DNA from: Squalus acanthias
Taxonomy: Eukaryota
Assembly (NCBI GenBank): GCA_030390025.1
Contig: CM059437.1
Location: forward strand, 53,010,001-53,074,000
DNA: 64,000 nt
Direction: 5' to 3'
The first letter of the stretch is position 1. Every line of letters begins with the position of its first letter. Under the pieces are notes generated by a model that did no database searches, was not told where the DNA came from, and saw only the letters and a program-made list of their open reading frames with translations. A program made the position numbers and the translations under genes. Shown here piece after piece: positions 1-11,239 of the stretch.

Positions 1-417
1 GTGCTTTCGATCAGAGAGCTCCAGTACAGAATGCCTAATATTAGCATGTGAGACCATGGTCCCGAAATGATTTTCTTAGGTGCACGTTTCAGGTGGAATA
101 TTTCTTTTCCTTCTCCCTTGGTATCTAAAATGGTCACGAATATTATGATATAAGTTAGGAAAGTGTTTTCAGTTATAACAGGACTATGAGACTGCACAGA
201 ACAATATGCAATTTAAATGAAAAATGTTACGGATTGCGTCAAATTGGATACCAAGAAAAGTATGAGGTAAATTATTCTTAATTCTATTTTTTAAAATGAT
301 TCAAAATATGCAGAATCAACAAAACACGAATACCATCCCTCACCTTCCTGGTAGATTGCGATTAATTTGACACAAAGTAAGAATCTGGCAGTTTCTGATT
401 GGCGTCAAGGTGCAGCC

Positions 418-427
418 TGATTTGCAC
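418..427 (+). promoter_or_regulatory. Ig light-chain promoter decamer/octamer variant TGATTTGCAC of the orphan VJ gene
   Basis: One mismatch to ATTTGCAT, about 120 bp upstream of ATG 547. It is preceded by ATTGG (398-402) and followed by TTCATAA (about 463), the same layout as the other two V promoters. Confidence 0.75.
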
Positions 428-546
428 AAATGTGAAGCATGTCGCAACACCTCTTCACACGGTTCATAAGAAAAGTTGGAGAGGAACTTTAGAACCCACT
501 TCATCGGGAAACTATCGGTGTGTCTGAGCTCCTTTAATTCGTTACA

Positions 547-1069
547 ATGTCTTACTGGTTCCGTGTTATCAGTGTGTTGGTGTTTTGCGTAGTTGGTGAG
601 TATTTTGCTTTCACTGCCTGATTAGATTTCACCTTTAAGATCATGAACTGCAAAACTTCTCACCCCATTTTAATTGCAAAATTATTGCTCTCACTGTCCT
701 GCCTCTTTCCTGACTTTGCTCCTTATTTTCAGATTTAAACGCGCAAGAATCAGCCGCTTTCGATGTCAACTTCTCCGGGAAAGGACATCCAAATAAGTTG
801 TACCCTGTCTGGTGCCAATTTAGGAAGAGATACTGTCTCCTGGTTCCAGCAGATTCCTGGGAACACGCCCCGGCTTCTAGTCTACTATTGGTCGGGAAGC
901 AGCATTTGCAGAGGCCCGGGTATTTCAGAACGTTTCTCCGGCTCCGTATCAGGCAACACGGGAACTTTTACCGTGTCTAATGTGCAATCAGAGGACGCTG
1001 CGGACTATTACTGTGCTATGTGGTCTAGCGGTTTAATCTTCGGTAAAGGGACGAGACTAAGTGTTGGCA
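547..1069 (+). pseudogene. Germline-joined Ig lambda-like (type II) L-VJ pseudogene with no associated C exon
   Basis: Leader exon 547-595 (MSYWFRVISVLVFCVV), donor GTGAGT at 596, acceptor TTTTCAG ending 732, VJ exon 733-1069 with C-W-YYC and FGKGTRL, donor GTAAGT at 1070. The spliced leader reads DLNAQ and is then one base out of frame with NQPLSMSTSPGK (extra G747), ending at TAA 978-980. Confidence 0.88.
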
Positions 1070-3404
1070 GTAAGTAAAATCACTTCATTTGTAGAGTTCT
1101 ATGTTTTGTTTATCTTAAAGCCAAATATTTAAGTTGCTTAATGATTTATTTGGCTCAATTCAATTGCTTTTCAAAGTGAGATTTTCGAAATAATCTGATT
1201 TTTTTACCGAGTCTCCCTTGGCACCTCAGTTGGAAGTAACACATCCTAAATGGGCGATGACGGTCCAGTTTCAGAAGTTTTCACCTGTTGTTACTTCAGG
1301 TTGCATCCCCACTTGGTGCTGAATTGACTTATCCCAAACCAGGATAAGAATTGGACTCCAAATCGCCGAGTTACGCAATGGGAATGATCAATCAATGTTC
1401 GCTTCCTAGTGATTGTGTTCGAAGTTGCGTTGACTGCATCTCAGGTGACAGAGGCGAGCCATGGAATGATGCTCGGTCACAAACCCGACTAACAGCCAGT
1501 GTCTAGGCTCGCATGAGAAGTACGGGAGAGCGACTGGCGCCCGTGCAACCACAGTCCCGTGGACGCCAACGCTTTTAAGAGAAGAATGCAAATTGGAAGG
1601 AATCAAATTCTACAACGTATCTTAAATTCTGTTTCCAATGAAATACCCTGTAATATCTCTAAACGCACTTACTTGAATTAATTACCGTGGTCCTGAACTG
1701 CTTTAGCATTGATTTGATCGGCCTGGCATTAATCATAATAATAAGACTCAAATTTGTTTAATAATACGAGATTTGATTTTATATTTCTGAAATGGTATTC
1801 GTTTTCAACAGCGACAGCGTAGAGGATTAGTAATCGATAGAGAGATATGCTCTCGCAATGTGTTAGATACGTGAGAACAGGTTCGTTCGAGTGCTCTTAC
1901 AGTTTCCCTTAAATAGCCATCACAGTGAAGCTTCCTGCAACGGTTACGACGTGACTAATACATGGAGATTGGAGGCAATCCCTTTTCTACTAATTAAAGT
2001 TATTGCAGCTGTCTTGCCCCTATAGCTCAGTAAAGTAATGGGAATGCTGGAAATTATTCTAGTCCTGCTTTTAGCGACATCATGCGAAATAGTGAACAAT
2101 TTCTAAAGAGAATATACCATCCAGAGGAACTGAATGAGTGAATGAAAGAACGAATAGACGCATTCAGACTGCGGCTATCTCAGAGCGATTCTTTCCGGCG
2201 TTGAACTAGTACCGTGCGATTTCCTGATAGGATCGACTTGTATCTTCATCGTTGATTTGTTTGATGTTTAAAATGAGAGTAACCACTTTAGTTAAAACTG
2301 TTTAATGCTTTTGTTAAAATACGGAAGAATTTCACAGCTTTTCTACAGCGCGTTGATACATTAATATCTCAGAGACCAGTTTTAATCTGGATGCCGTTTT
2401 AAGCCAAACGTGGGCAGTGCACAAAATATAGAGCCTTTCGAACAATAAGGACACGATTTATTGAAGTTGAATTCTGCCATGATTATTATTCTGTGCGTTT
2501 AAACCTTTCATATGTTGGCTTGGATATTTCTCTCCAAACTACCTGATCACTACTTGGTGGTCGGTAGTTACCCGAATAGTGTGACCTGTAGCTTCCTATC
2601 CTTCATCTCAATTCATACGGGTTGATGATCGTTGTCTGCTGAATGTGAATTTTGTAGTTTATTTGCAATTTTTAAAATTGCGATGCTTATGGGGTACGAT
2701 GTGAGATAATAAAACGCGCGCTCACATTCTCAGTGTATGGAATGTGAATAACCTGTAGTGAAATAAATTGTGGAATGAATCACGGGGTAAGCGCAATAAA
2801 AACATGTAAACATGTAAAAACCTATAAGTAAAACTAAAGTGCGTGTTTAATATGAGATCAGCACCAACCCGTATTAAAACAGTTGTAAATCTGCTTGAAG
2901 TATTACAATAGAAAGACTAGATTGTTCTGCCCAAATAACGAAAGGTGCAAGATTCGCAGTTCCACCGCAGAAATCTGAGCTGAGTTATCTGTTTTAATGC
3001 ACAAATTAGTATTTCGAAAAAGCGTATAACGTTAATCTTTTGAAATCCGATAAAAAATTGAGTTTACCCTGCAAGTTTAGTGTTGGCGCCATGCGATTGC
3101 TGGTTGCCAGTGACTAAGGCGCCGAGAATTTAAAGCGCCAAGATGTTTTATCTGCATTACATTGCCTTTGTGCCTGTACATGAAGGACATTATGTCCCTA
3201 TATTCATAAAATACATAAATGATATGTCGGTCTCTCCTCTTGATGACTTAACAGCTGAACCATGTGTACGCATCACAATGGGTGCTGTAAAACGCTGGAT
3301 TGACAATCATCTGAAAATAGGCGGCAGTAATTTCAATACAATTTATAAACAGAAGGCCACTAAACCAGTAAGCTGATACTACTATCAATGTAAGTGCCTT
3401 ATTC

Positions 3405-3506
3405 ATTCCTCTGAAGAAAGGTCTCCGATCTGAAACGTTAAACTTGTTTCTCTCTCCACGGATGCTGCCTGGCCTGCTGAGTGTTTCCAGCATTTTCTGT
3501 TGTTAT
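3405..3506 (+). mobile_element. Short Penelope-like (family B) terminal-repeat fragment with a hammerhead core, present only in duplication copy 1
   Basis: CTGAAGA-A-AGGTC-TCC-GATCT-GAAA-CGTT followed by GATGCTGCCTGGCCTGCTGAG, shared with 31319-31745 and 38911-39333. Imperfect TSD TGCCTT(A/C)TTC at 3395/3507. Absent at about 49250. Confidence 0.75.
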
Positions 3507-4081
3507 TGCCTTCTTCCTTTCTTTGAAGGCTTCGAAAACTAATTGAAATAACTCAATTTGCTATTTTTCTGGCAAATCATGCCATTAAATTAAATTAAAA
3601 ATCTATTTCCAGTTCAATCTGAGAAGATACGACAAATAGTAGGAATTTTCATTATTGTGATTACTCGGATTTTTAACACGAAATGACAAAATATATAAGT
3701 GTTGACATAGACTCCAATTGTACTCTCACTGTGTATACATTTAAGTGTACGTTTTCATAATGCTGTTTTAATTTATGTTGGAGTTAAATCAAAAGTGTTA
3801 AATGCAAACTCACTGCTTATTAGAAAAAAGTGTTGACATTAATTGTGTGAAAAATTGAGGACTAAATTATTTCGATGTTCGATTTCTGCTTGTGCTAGCT
3901 ATTTACTGAAATGTAATAACGATTATACATCAAGTTAAATTGGATGTAAAAGATGGAGCTCGTGAGCGCAATGCATTTACAACGCTATAAATGTTATCAA
4001 TGGCTATCAGTGCTAAACTGAATCGCTAAACCCCAACACTGACTCACAAAACACACCGCAACTAATACATGTATATCATTC

Positions 4082-4087
4082 TTTATT
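4082..4087 (-). terminator. Polyadenylation signal of C exon, copy 1
   Basis: AATAAA on the - strand about 190 nt after the stop codon; conserved in copy 2. Confidence 0.7.
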
Positions 4088-4274
4088 ATACAAATGTTTC
4101 TACCTCACAATTACAAGGTTAAAGGTTTTTGCCACAATGTGAATAGATTTAAATCACTATTATAGGTCAGGCGCATGAAAATAGAAAGAAATGCATTGTC
4201 AATAACTAAACCCCGAATTCGTGCATGAACGCGCGATGAATAACAGTTTGCACCGAGTGGGCGGGTTTTCTCTT

Positions 4275-4604
4275 TCACTCGCAGCCTGATCTCTTGATGC
4301 TTTGCTTGAGTTGAGACCCGAGAGACTCATGTGTAACCCCGCAGGTGTACACTTCGTGTGAGTTCCACTCGGTGGCGGACAGGGTCAGATAACTGCTCAC
4401 ACTGTACGTCTGGTCGGTGTCCCGTACGGTCTGAGTTGTCTGGACACCAGTGTCCGTGATCTGGCCGTCTACGCTCCACGAAACATCCACCGAACCAGGA
4501 AAAAAGTTATTCACCAAACACACCAGGTTCGCCGCCTTTGCTGCAGAGATCTGATCGGACGCTGGCGGGGAGAAGGGACACCGAAGGGCTGGACAACTCT
4601 CTGG
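4275..4604 (-). pseudogene. Ig lambda-like constant exon, frameshifted
   Basis: Acceptor CATTACAG. C1-set sequence ...CLVNNFFPGSVDVSW...YTCGVTHESL...SGCE*. It has GGGG at 4567-4570 where the intact paralog has GGG, a +1 frameshift (330 vs 329 nt). Confidence 0.93.
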
Positions 4605-4679
4605 CTGTAATGAAAAGGATTGTGTTTATTACAGAATGATACTGCAATCGTGTAATATATACTACACACATGTACAACG

Positions 4680-5950
4680 ACAACAACAACACCTTTATTT
4701 ATATAGCGCCTTTAACGTAGTAAAACGTCCCAATGCGCCTCCCAGGAATCTTATAAGTCAAAAAACTGACACCAAGCCACATAAGAAGAAATTCGGACAG
4801 AGGACCAAAAGCTTGGTCAAAGATGTAGGGTTCAAGGAGCGTCTTAAAGGAGAAAAGAGAGGTAGAGAGGTGGAGAGGTTTAGGGAGGGAGTTCCAGGGC
4901 TTAGGGCCTAGGCAGATGAAGACACGGACACCGATGGTTGAGCGATTATAATCAAGGATGCTGAAGGGGGCATAATTTGAGGAGTGCAGATATCTCGGGG
5001 GATTGTGGAGCTGAAGGAGATTACAGAGATAGGGAGGGGTGAGGCCATGGAGGAATTTGAAAACAAGGGCGAGAATTTTGAAATCGAGGCGTTGCTTAAC
5101 TGGGAGCCAATGGAGGTCAGCGAGCACAGGGGTGGTGGGTGAACAGAACTTGGTGCGAGTTAGGACACTGGCAGCCGAATTTTGGATGACCTCAAGTTTA
5201 CGTAGGGTAGAATGTGGGAGGCCTGCCAGGGGTACGTTGGAACAGTCAAGTCTAGAGGTAACAAAGGCATGGATGACGGTTTCAGCAGCAGATGAGCTGA
5301 GGCAGGTGCGGAGACGGGCGATGTTACGGAGGTGGAAATAGGCCGTCTTAGTTCTGCTGTGGCTATGTGGTCAGAAGCTCATTTCAGGGTCAAATATGGC
5401 ACCAATGCTGTGATCAGTCTGCTTCAGCCTCAGACAGATGCTCGGGAGAGGGATGGAGTCAATGCCTAGGGAACGGAGATTGTGGCGAGGACTGAAGACA
5501 ATGGATTCGGTCATCCCAATATTTAATTGGAGAAAATGTCTGCTCATCCTGTACTGGATATCGGACAACCGATGCAGATGATTTTCTGGCTATGACTAGA
5601 TAGACCAAGCAAGTGCAGTCCCACCCAGCTGGACGATGGTAGAGAGGCGTTGGAGGACGATGGAGTGGTCAACCGTGTCAAAGGCTACAGCCAGGTGGAG
5701 AAGGACGAGGAGGGATAGTTTACCTTTGTCACAGTCACAAAGGATGTCATTTGTGACTTTGATGAGAGGCATTTCGGTATTGTGGCAGGGGCAGAAATTG
5801 TATTGGAGGGAATCAAACATGGAGTTCTGGGAAAGATGGGCACGGATTTGGGAGGCGACAACAGCTTCAAGGACTTTGGAGAAGAAAGGGAGGTTGGAGA
5901 TGGGGCATCAGTTTGCAAGGACGGTGGGGTTAAGGGTTGTTTTTTTTAGG
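4680..5950 (-). mobile_element. L2-type LINE 3' fragment in the J-C intron
   Basis: Broken RT and C-terminal ORFs (LLHLAVAFDTVDH; LADLHWLPVKQRLDFKIL) and a (TTG)n tail. Confidence 0.85.
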
Positions 5951-5965
5951 AGTAATGAAACTCCT

Positions 5966-6405
5966 TGCTCAGTGGTTGCACACTCGGTCTCTGAGTCAGA
6001 AGGTTGTGGGCTCAAGCCCCACGCCAAAGACTTGAGCAGAAAATGTAGGCTGACACTCCAGTGCAGGAATGAGGGAGTGCTGCACTGGCCGAGGTGCAGT
6101 CTTTAAGATGAGACGTAAAACTGTCGTTAGGCAGCCGTCTCAGGTGGCTGTAAAAGATCCCATAGCACTTTTTGAAGAAGAGCAGGGGAGTTCTCTCTGA
6201 TGTCCTAGCCAATATTATTCCTCAACCAACATCAGTAAAACAGATTATCTGGTCATTATCACATTGCAAATTGTGGGACCTTGCTGTGCCCAAATCGGCT
6301 GCCACAATTCCAAATTACAACAATGACAATAATGCAAAAGTACTTCATTTGCCGTAAAGCATTTCCCTGAGGTCGTGAAAGGCGCTATATAAATGCAAGT
6401 TCTTT
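5966..6405 (+). mobile_element. tRNA-derived SINE (Deu-domain/SacSINE-like)
   Basis: tRNA-like head GCTCAGTGG...GGCTCAAGCCCC and an L2-like tail GTCGTGAAAGGCGCTATATAAATGCAAG. The family name is from recognition, not a search. Confidence 0.7.
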
Positions 6406-6819
6406 ATTTCATTTTCTTCCTAAATCACAGCAATGTAATCTAAAACTAAACACATCGTTTGACTCGAATGGCCAGACCCTTTACCGTCAATTTGACGTCT
6501 TTCTATGGAACAAACCGAAAATCTCTATTCCCAGTATCAAACTGGGTAAAACCTCTCTTTAGAAAGGGATTTACTATTTCATTACATATAGTACACCGAG
6601 GAAATGTTCTCACATGGGGAGCAAATTAACATTTAATTTCTGAAGAATAATAATCTTTAAATATTTACTAACATGTGGTTGTAAAATAACTCGAGGATGG
6701 TGTTCACATACGGAGCAGTAAAATGCTTGCTACCTTGAAGAATAACACATTAACAACATGTAAATCTGGAAAAATAGCCTTTACGCCGTTTCTGCCAATG
6801 GTCCCTCAAGAAATTCGGG

Positions 6820-6873
6820 GGGAAATTCAGTTTAAATCCTATCCCTTCGTGTTTACCATGCTAAGATTTGCAT
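6820..6873. promoter_or_regulatory. Candidate J-C intronic enhancer (kB-like site plus octamer), copy 1
   Basis: GGGAAATTCA at 6820-6829 and a perfect ATTTGCAT at 6866-6873, both conserved in copy 2. Function is inferred. Confidence 0.4.
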
Positions 6874-7849
6874 ACAGACCTGTAACTTTTGGTTGAAATC
6901 AAAATTATTTTTTGACACCGAAGCCAAAGGCAGAAAACAGATATTTCCAACAGTATTCTAGTTAATAGCTTTACGGTATGAATGGGCGTCAATCCAGCCT
7001 CTCCATATCAGGTATTGCACGTACCTGTGCATACTTGCACTCAAATTATATATAAATTCGCAAGCGTAAAATCTCAGCAGACAATTGTATATCGAAATAT
7101 CAACTAGCAAAAAACAACGGAAAGTTGCCGACTTCAGATTAACCTATAGAAGAGTTTTCTCTCTGAACTCTAGATGTAATGAAATCACAACCCTCTGTTT
7201 ACAAAAGAAATTCGTTGCACATAGCGAATCTTTCACGGTGAGAAATAGTACCTGTTATCGAAAGTATGTCTTGAGCTCGGTGTTATTTTGGAATATTGGA
7301 CAAGCTCCTGGTGATTATTACCCTCCTCATACGAAATTAACATCTGTTAAAATTTCTCAGTCCACCAGAAATTAAGGGAGGCACCGATATGATTTCTCTC
7401 TCTCGCACTCTCTATCTATCTACCCCTCTCTATTTCTCTTTGTCTTTATCTCTGTCTCTATCTATCTATCTACCTGTCTCTCCTGCTGTCTCTTTGACTC
7501 GCTCTGTTTTTGCATATTTGCTATTTGTCCGACACTTTAAATGATGTTTTTAAACACCGATTTTTACAATCTATGAAATGCTTCTATTGTTCACTATCTC
7601 GGGTCCAAGGGTGAAACTAATCATACAATAAATGTCATTGTTTCCTTTATGGTTTGAAAATGTGATTGTTTTATGTCCCTAATAAACCAATCACCCGTTT
7701 CAAACTTGGTTGTAACCTACAGCACCAATTGTTTCATCTACCTCATATTATATTAATAATCCAAATGAGAATGCATTTGACTATTTGTTGCATAAAAGAA
7801 AAAAAGAAAATTTCCATTGAACAGAATGAATCTAGTAATAGTTACTTAC

Positions 7850-8359
7850 TCAGAACTGTCAGCTTGGTGCCTCCACCGAAGCCGTTGGACCCCCAACCAC
7901 AATGATAATCGGCGTCCTCGGGTTGAACACCGCTGATGGTTAAATATGCGGCGTTGCTGGACGATTGACTCCTTCCAGAGAATCGATCAGGAATCCCGGA
8001 ACCCTTGGTTTCACCGTTAAGATCATGCTAGAGTAGAAATCGAGGAGCATTCCCGGGTTTCTGCTGGTACCATCCTATGTCAGAGTTTCCCAAATTACCC
8101 CCAGACACGCTGCAGCTTATTTTAACCGTTCCTTGCGGCGCGATGGATAACGATTGCGGTTGAGTTAATGTAATCAGCTCGTTTGAACCTATAAAAAGAT
8201 GGAGCAATATTAGAGGCTGGGCTTCATATGATTAATATCGTCACTTTATATCGCTACACAACAAAAGATTATTCACAATGAATCCAACGCAAAGCTTGCT
8301 GAATACTTACAGACTGCGCAAATTATCAGCGTTGTGATGACACGCACCCACACGGACAT
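7850..8359 (-). pseudogene. Germline-joined Ig lambda-like L-VJ pseudogene (partner of C at 4275-4604)
   Basis: Leader 8359-8311 (MSVWVRVITTLIICAV), VJ exon 8188-7850, canonical splice sites. In-frame TAG at 8030-8028 (TAT in the paralog), a 3-nt deletion and YYC>YHC (EDADYHC). CDR3-J reads [17 protein letters not shown]. Confidence 0.93.
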
Positions 8360-8480
8360 CGTGTATTCAGTTAGGCTCAGAAACCTCGGCAGTTTGCAGG
8401 CAGAAGGTTTTAATATTTACCAGGCTCCCCTTCTCTTATCAATGTTATGAATGAGGGCGTATTACCACGTGTCCATAACT

Positions 8481-8488
8481 ATGCAAAT
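8481..8488 (-). promoter_or_regulatory. Ig promoter octamer ATTTGCAT
   Basis: Perfect octamer in light-chain orientation about 120 bp upstream of ATG 8359. Confidence 0.85.
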
Positions 8489-9194
8489 GACCGTGACGTT
8501 CCGAATGCCAATTGAACATCTTTGATCAGGCTCCACGTCACAAGCATTCCAAACTGGAGAAGAGGACATTGGAAAACAGATCCGAACTACAGTGTGATGT
8601 TGCACATCACGCGCATGACTTATTGATAAGTACAGTAACGTGTTGAGATTTATAATTGTGTAAACAGCATAAAGAAGTCATTATTTTGACAAATTCACTA
8701 AGGTATATATTTTTAATCTTTCCTTTTACGCTTGTCAGATGTACGCATTAGGAAGCAACTTTAATCGATATTTGCGATCCCTGTAAAGGCAGTGCTGTTC
8801 TAACTGTGCAATGTATAACTACAATCTTCATACACTTAGGAACGTTCCATACAAATTCAGCTACAACTCTACAAAGTATAACTTGATGATATATGATCTT
8901 TAAAATGAATTACCTTCTTATGAATAACTCAAAGATGTTAGCACACTGCGGTTTATTTGAGCCTTCTCTACGAGGTGCATTTACGCGAGAATATCTTAAA
9001 GTGAAAGCTTTAACCTAATTTATACCACATATTAATAACTGTTTTCTTAAATACAAACATCAGATAATTTAGCAGGAAAAAATATATTTTGACACTGACG
9101 TTATTTTTCTTTTAAATATTCCAACAATTGGCTTATTTTTGAGATTGTTATACTTTGTGCGATTTGAAATTACATCGAAATGAAATCATTCGTA

Positions 9195-9940
9195 TTAGGA
9201 TGGAGAAATGGGCAGATACATGGTAGATTACATTTAACGCAGCCAAGTGTGAAGTTATTCATTTATGTAGGAAGTATAAGGAGACACAATAGAAACTAAA
9301 TGGTACAAATTTAAAGCGGGTGCAGGAACAGAGAGAGCTGGGGATGTATTTATACAAGTCTTTGAAGGTGGCGGGACAAGTTAAAAGGCTATTAAAAAGA
9401 CATACGGGATTATTGGCTTCAGAAATAGAGGCATAGAGTACAAAATCAAGGGAGTATAAAACACTGGTTAGACCCCAGCTGGAATATTGTGGCCAATTCT
9501 GGGCACCACACTTTAGGAAAAATGTCAAGGCCTTAGAGTAGGTGCAGTGGAGGCTTAATAGAATGGCGCCAGGAATGAAAGACTTCAATTACGTGGAGTG
9601 ACTTGAGAAACCGGTGTTGTTCGCCTTAGAGCAGAGAAGGTTAAGCGGGATTTGTAGAAGTGTTCAAAATCATGAAGGGTTTTTATACAGTAATTAAGGA
9701 GAAACTGTTTCCAGTGGCAGAAGGGTCGGTAACCAGAGGACTCAAATTTAAAGTAATTGGCAAAGGAACTAGAGGTGACATGAGAAAGAAAAATCACGTA
9801 GCAAGCTGTTATAATCTGGAATGCACTGCCTGAAAGGGTGGTGGAAGCAGATTCAATAGTAACTTTCAAGATGGAATTGGATAAAAACTTGAAGTGGGAA
9901 TATGTGCAGGGTTATGGCCTCCTTCTTTGCTGTATCATTC
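9195..9940 (+). mobile_element. CR1 LINE 3' fragment (degenerate)
   Basis: Remnants of [13 protein letters not shown] and WNALPERVVEA. Confidence 0.85.
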
Positions 9941-11239
9941 TGTATCCGTCTAAAAGCACAGGTTTCTTTACATAACGGCTTCATTCAACTCATTCGAGTC
10001 CTCTGGTTACAAAATTTGTCACACAGGTATCTTTGCCTTTATTGGTTGATTCACACATAAGGTGGAAGGTTCCATGCCAATCAACCGGCTGAAAGCAAAA
10101 AAAAGCATTATTCAGTTCACACTGCCGTTTCTTCTTTTTAGCACCTGTTCACATCTTTACAGTTTATTTAAATATTCATATCACAAATATATCTGAATCT
10201 GCAGAGAATTGCACATTGAAAATGCAGATCTGAGGTATAAGTTTGTTGCAGCAGGATTAAAAAACAATGATAATAATGTACACATCCTGGGAATATTTCC
10301 CAGATTTAGACCCTATGGTATTTTGCTTGTACGTCATTTGTTGTACCAGAAATGTAACCTCACACAGACCCGCTTTATATAAAAAGTATCAGCAGCTACA
10401 ACTATGTCCACCGACCATTAATAAAGCAGTACCTCGCATGGGTATTCGCCATTCCAAAATTTATGTGAGGCATGAGAGGTTCATCGGTCTTTCTTTATCA
10501 ACTGTCAATTATCCGATGAACACCTGAAACTACAGTTACCATTGCCGTTCGGTTCACAATTGGATGAGGATGAATTAGAAATTCGCTTTTACCTTTAATT
10601 TATCACAAATTGGGTAACTAATCAATATGGGTAGTACGTTTCAGGATTTCCTTTCAGCCAATTTTACACAGAAAGAATTCAATATCTAAAGCAAAGTGTA
10701 GCCATACAAGTTTAAAAAAAGAGAGGGATGGTAATCGATATGGTAATATCTAGTCTTTAAGATTGCATTCCCCAAACATCACAGACAACAAACAATTCTT
10801 TCGCATATATCTGCAATCAATACAAACCTCACACACATTTTGTTGGGAAATCCCGGTCCAGGGTGCCTAAAAGCGGTTGTCTGATCTTTCCCTTCCATCT
10901 GTTAACTTGGATTTAGATAACACAGAAACAGATACCGATAATCAAATGCTTCAACCGAAAGTTGTGATGGAAAACTTTCACCTGGCACAAAAGGTTGAAA
11001 TGCAGGAAGACAGGTAGAAGTCATTTTGCTTAAGTCAAGCAGAATTGCCCACTCATGTATTATAACATGAAGAAATGTTGTGCTGATTAAATCAAGTGAG
11101 ACTAATCCTCACTGTTACACTGTATGTTCGCTTTTTATCAAATAAAACAGTATATGAAATCGTTTATGCTCTCATCTTTTTTCTTCGTTCTCTGGATATG
11201 GCCATCGCTGGCAAGGCTAGCATTTATAGCCAACCAACA

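Noticed and set aside
763-1077. ORF-track protein starting at Met 763 as a functional gene
   Set aside because: The ATG is internal to FR1, the real leader is out of frame, and the ORF end runs through the splice donor.
1921-1959. CACAGTG heptamer downstream of the orphan VJ as a possible RSS
   Set aside because: No ACAAAAACC-like nonamer at 12- or 23-bp spacing, and it is not adjacent to a gene segment. The same applies to the heptamers at about 48688 and 63491.
1080-3320. Possible decayed + strand C exon for the orphan VJ
   Set aside because: No C1-set motifs were recognisable by eye; a tblastn search would be needed to exclude a very old remnant.
5039-6106. Numerous 60-190 aa ORFs here and throughout the window
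   Set aside because: They are antisense or off-frame readings of L2/CR1 sequence with no independent gene evidence.
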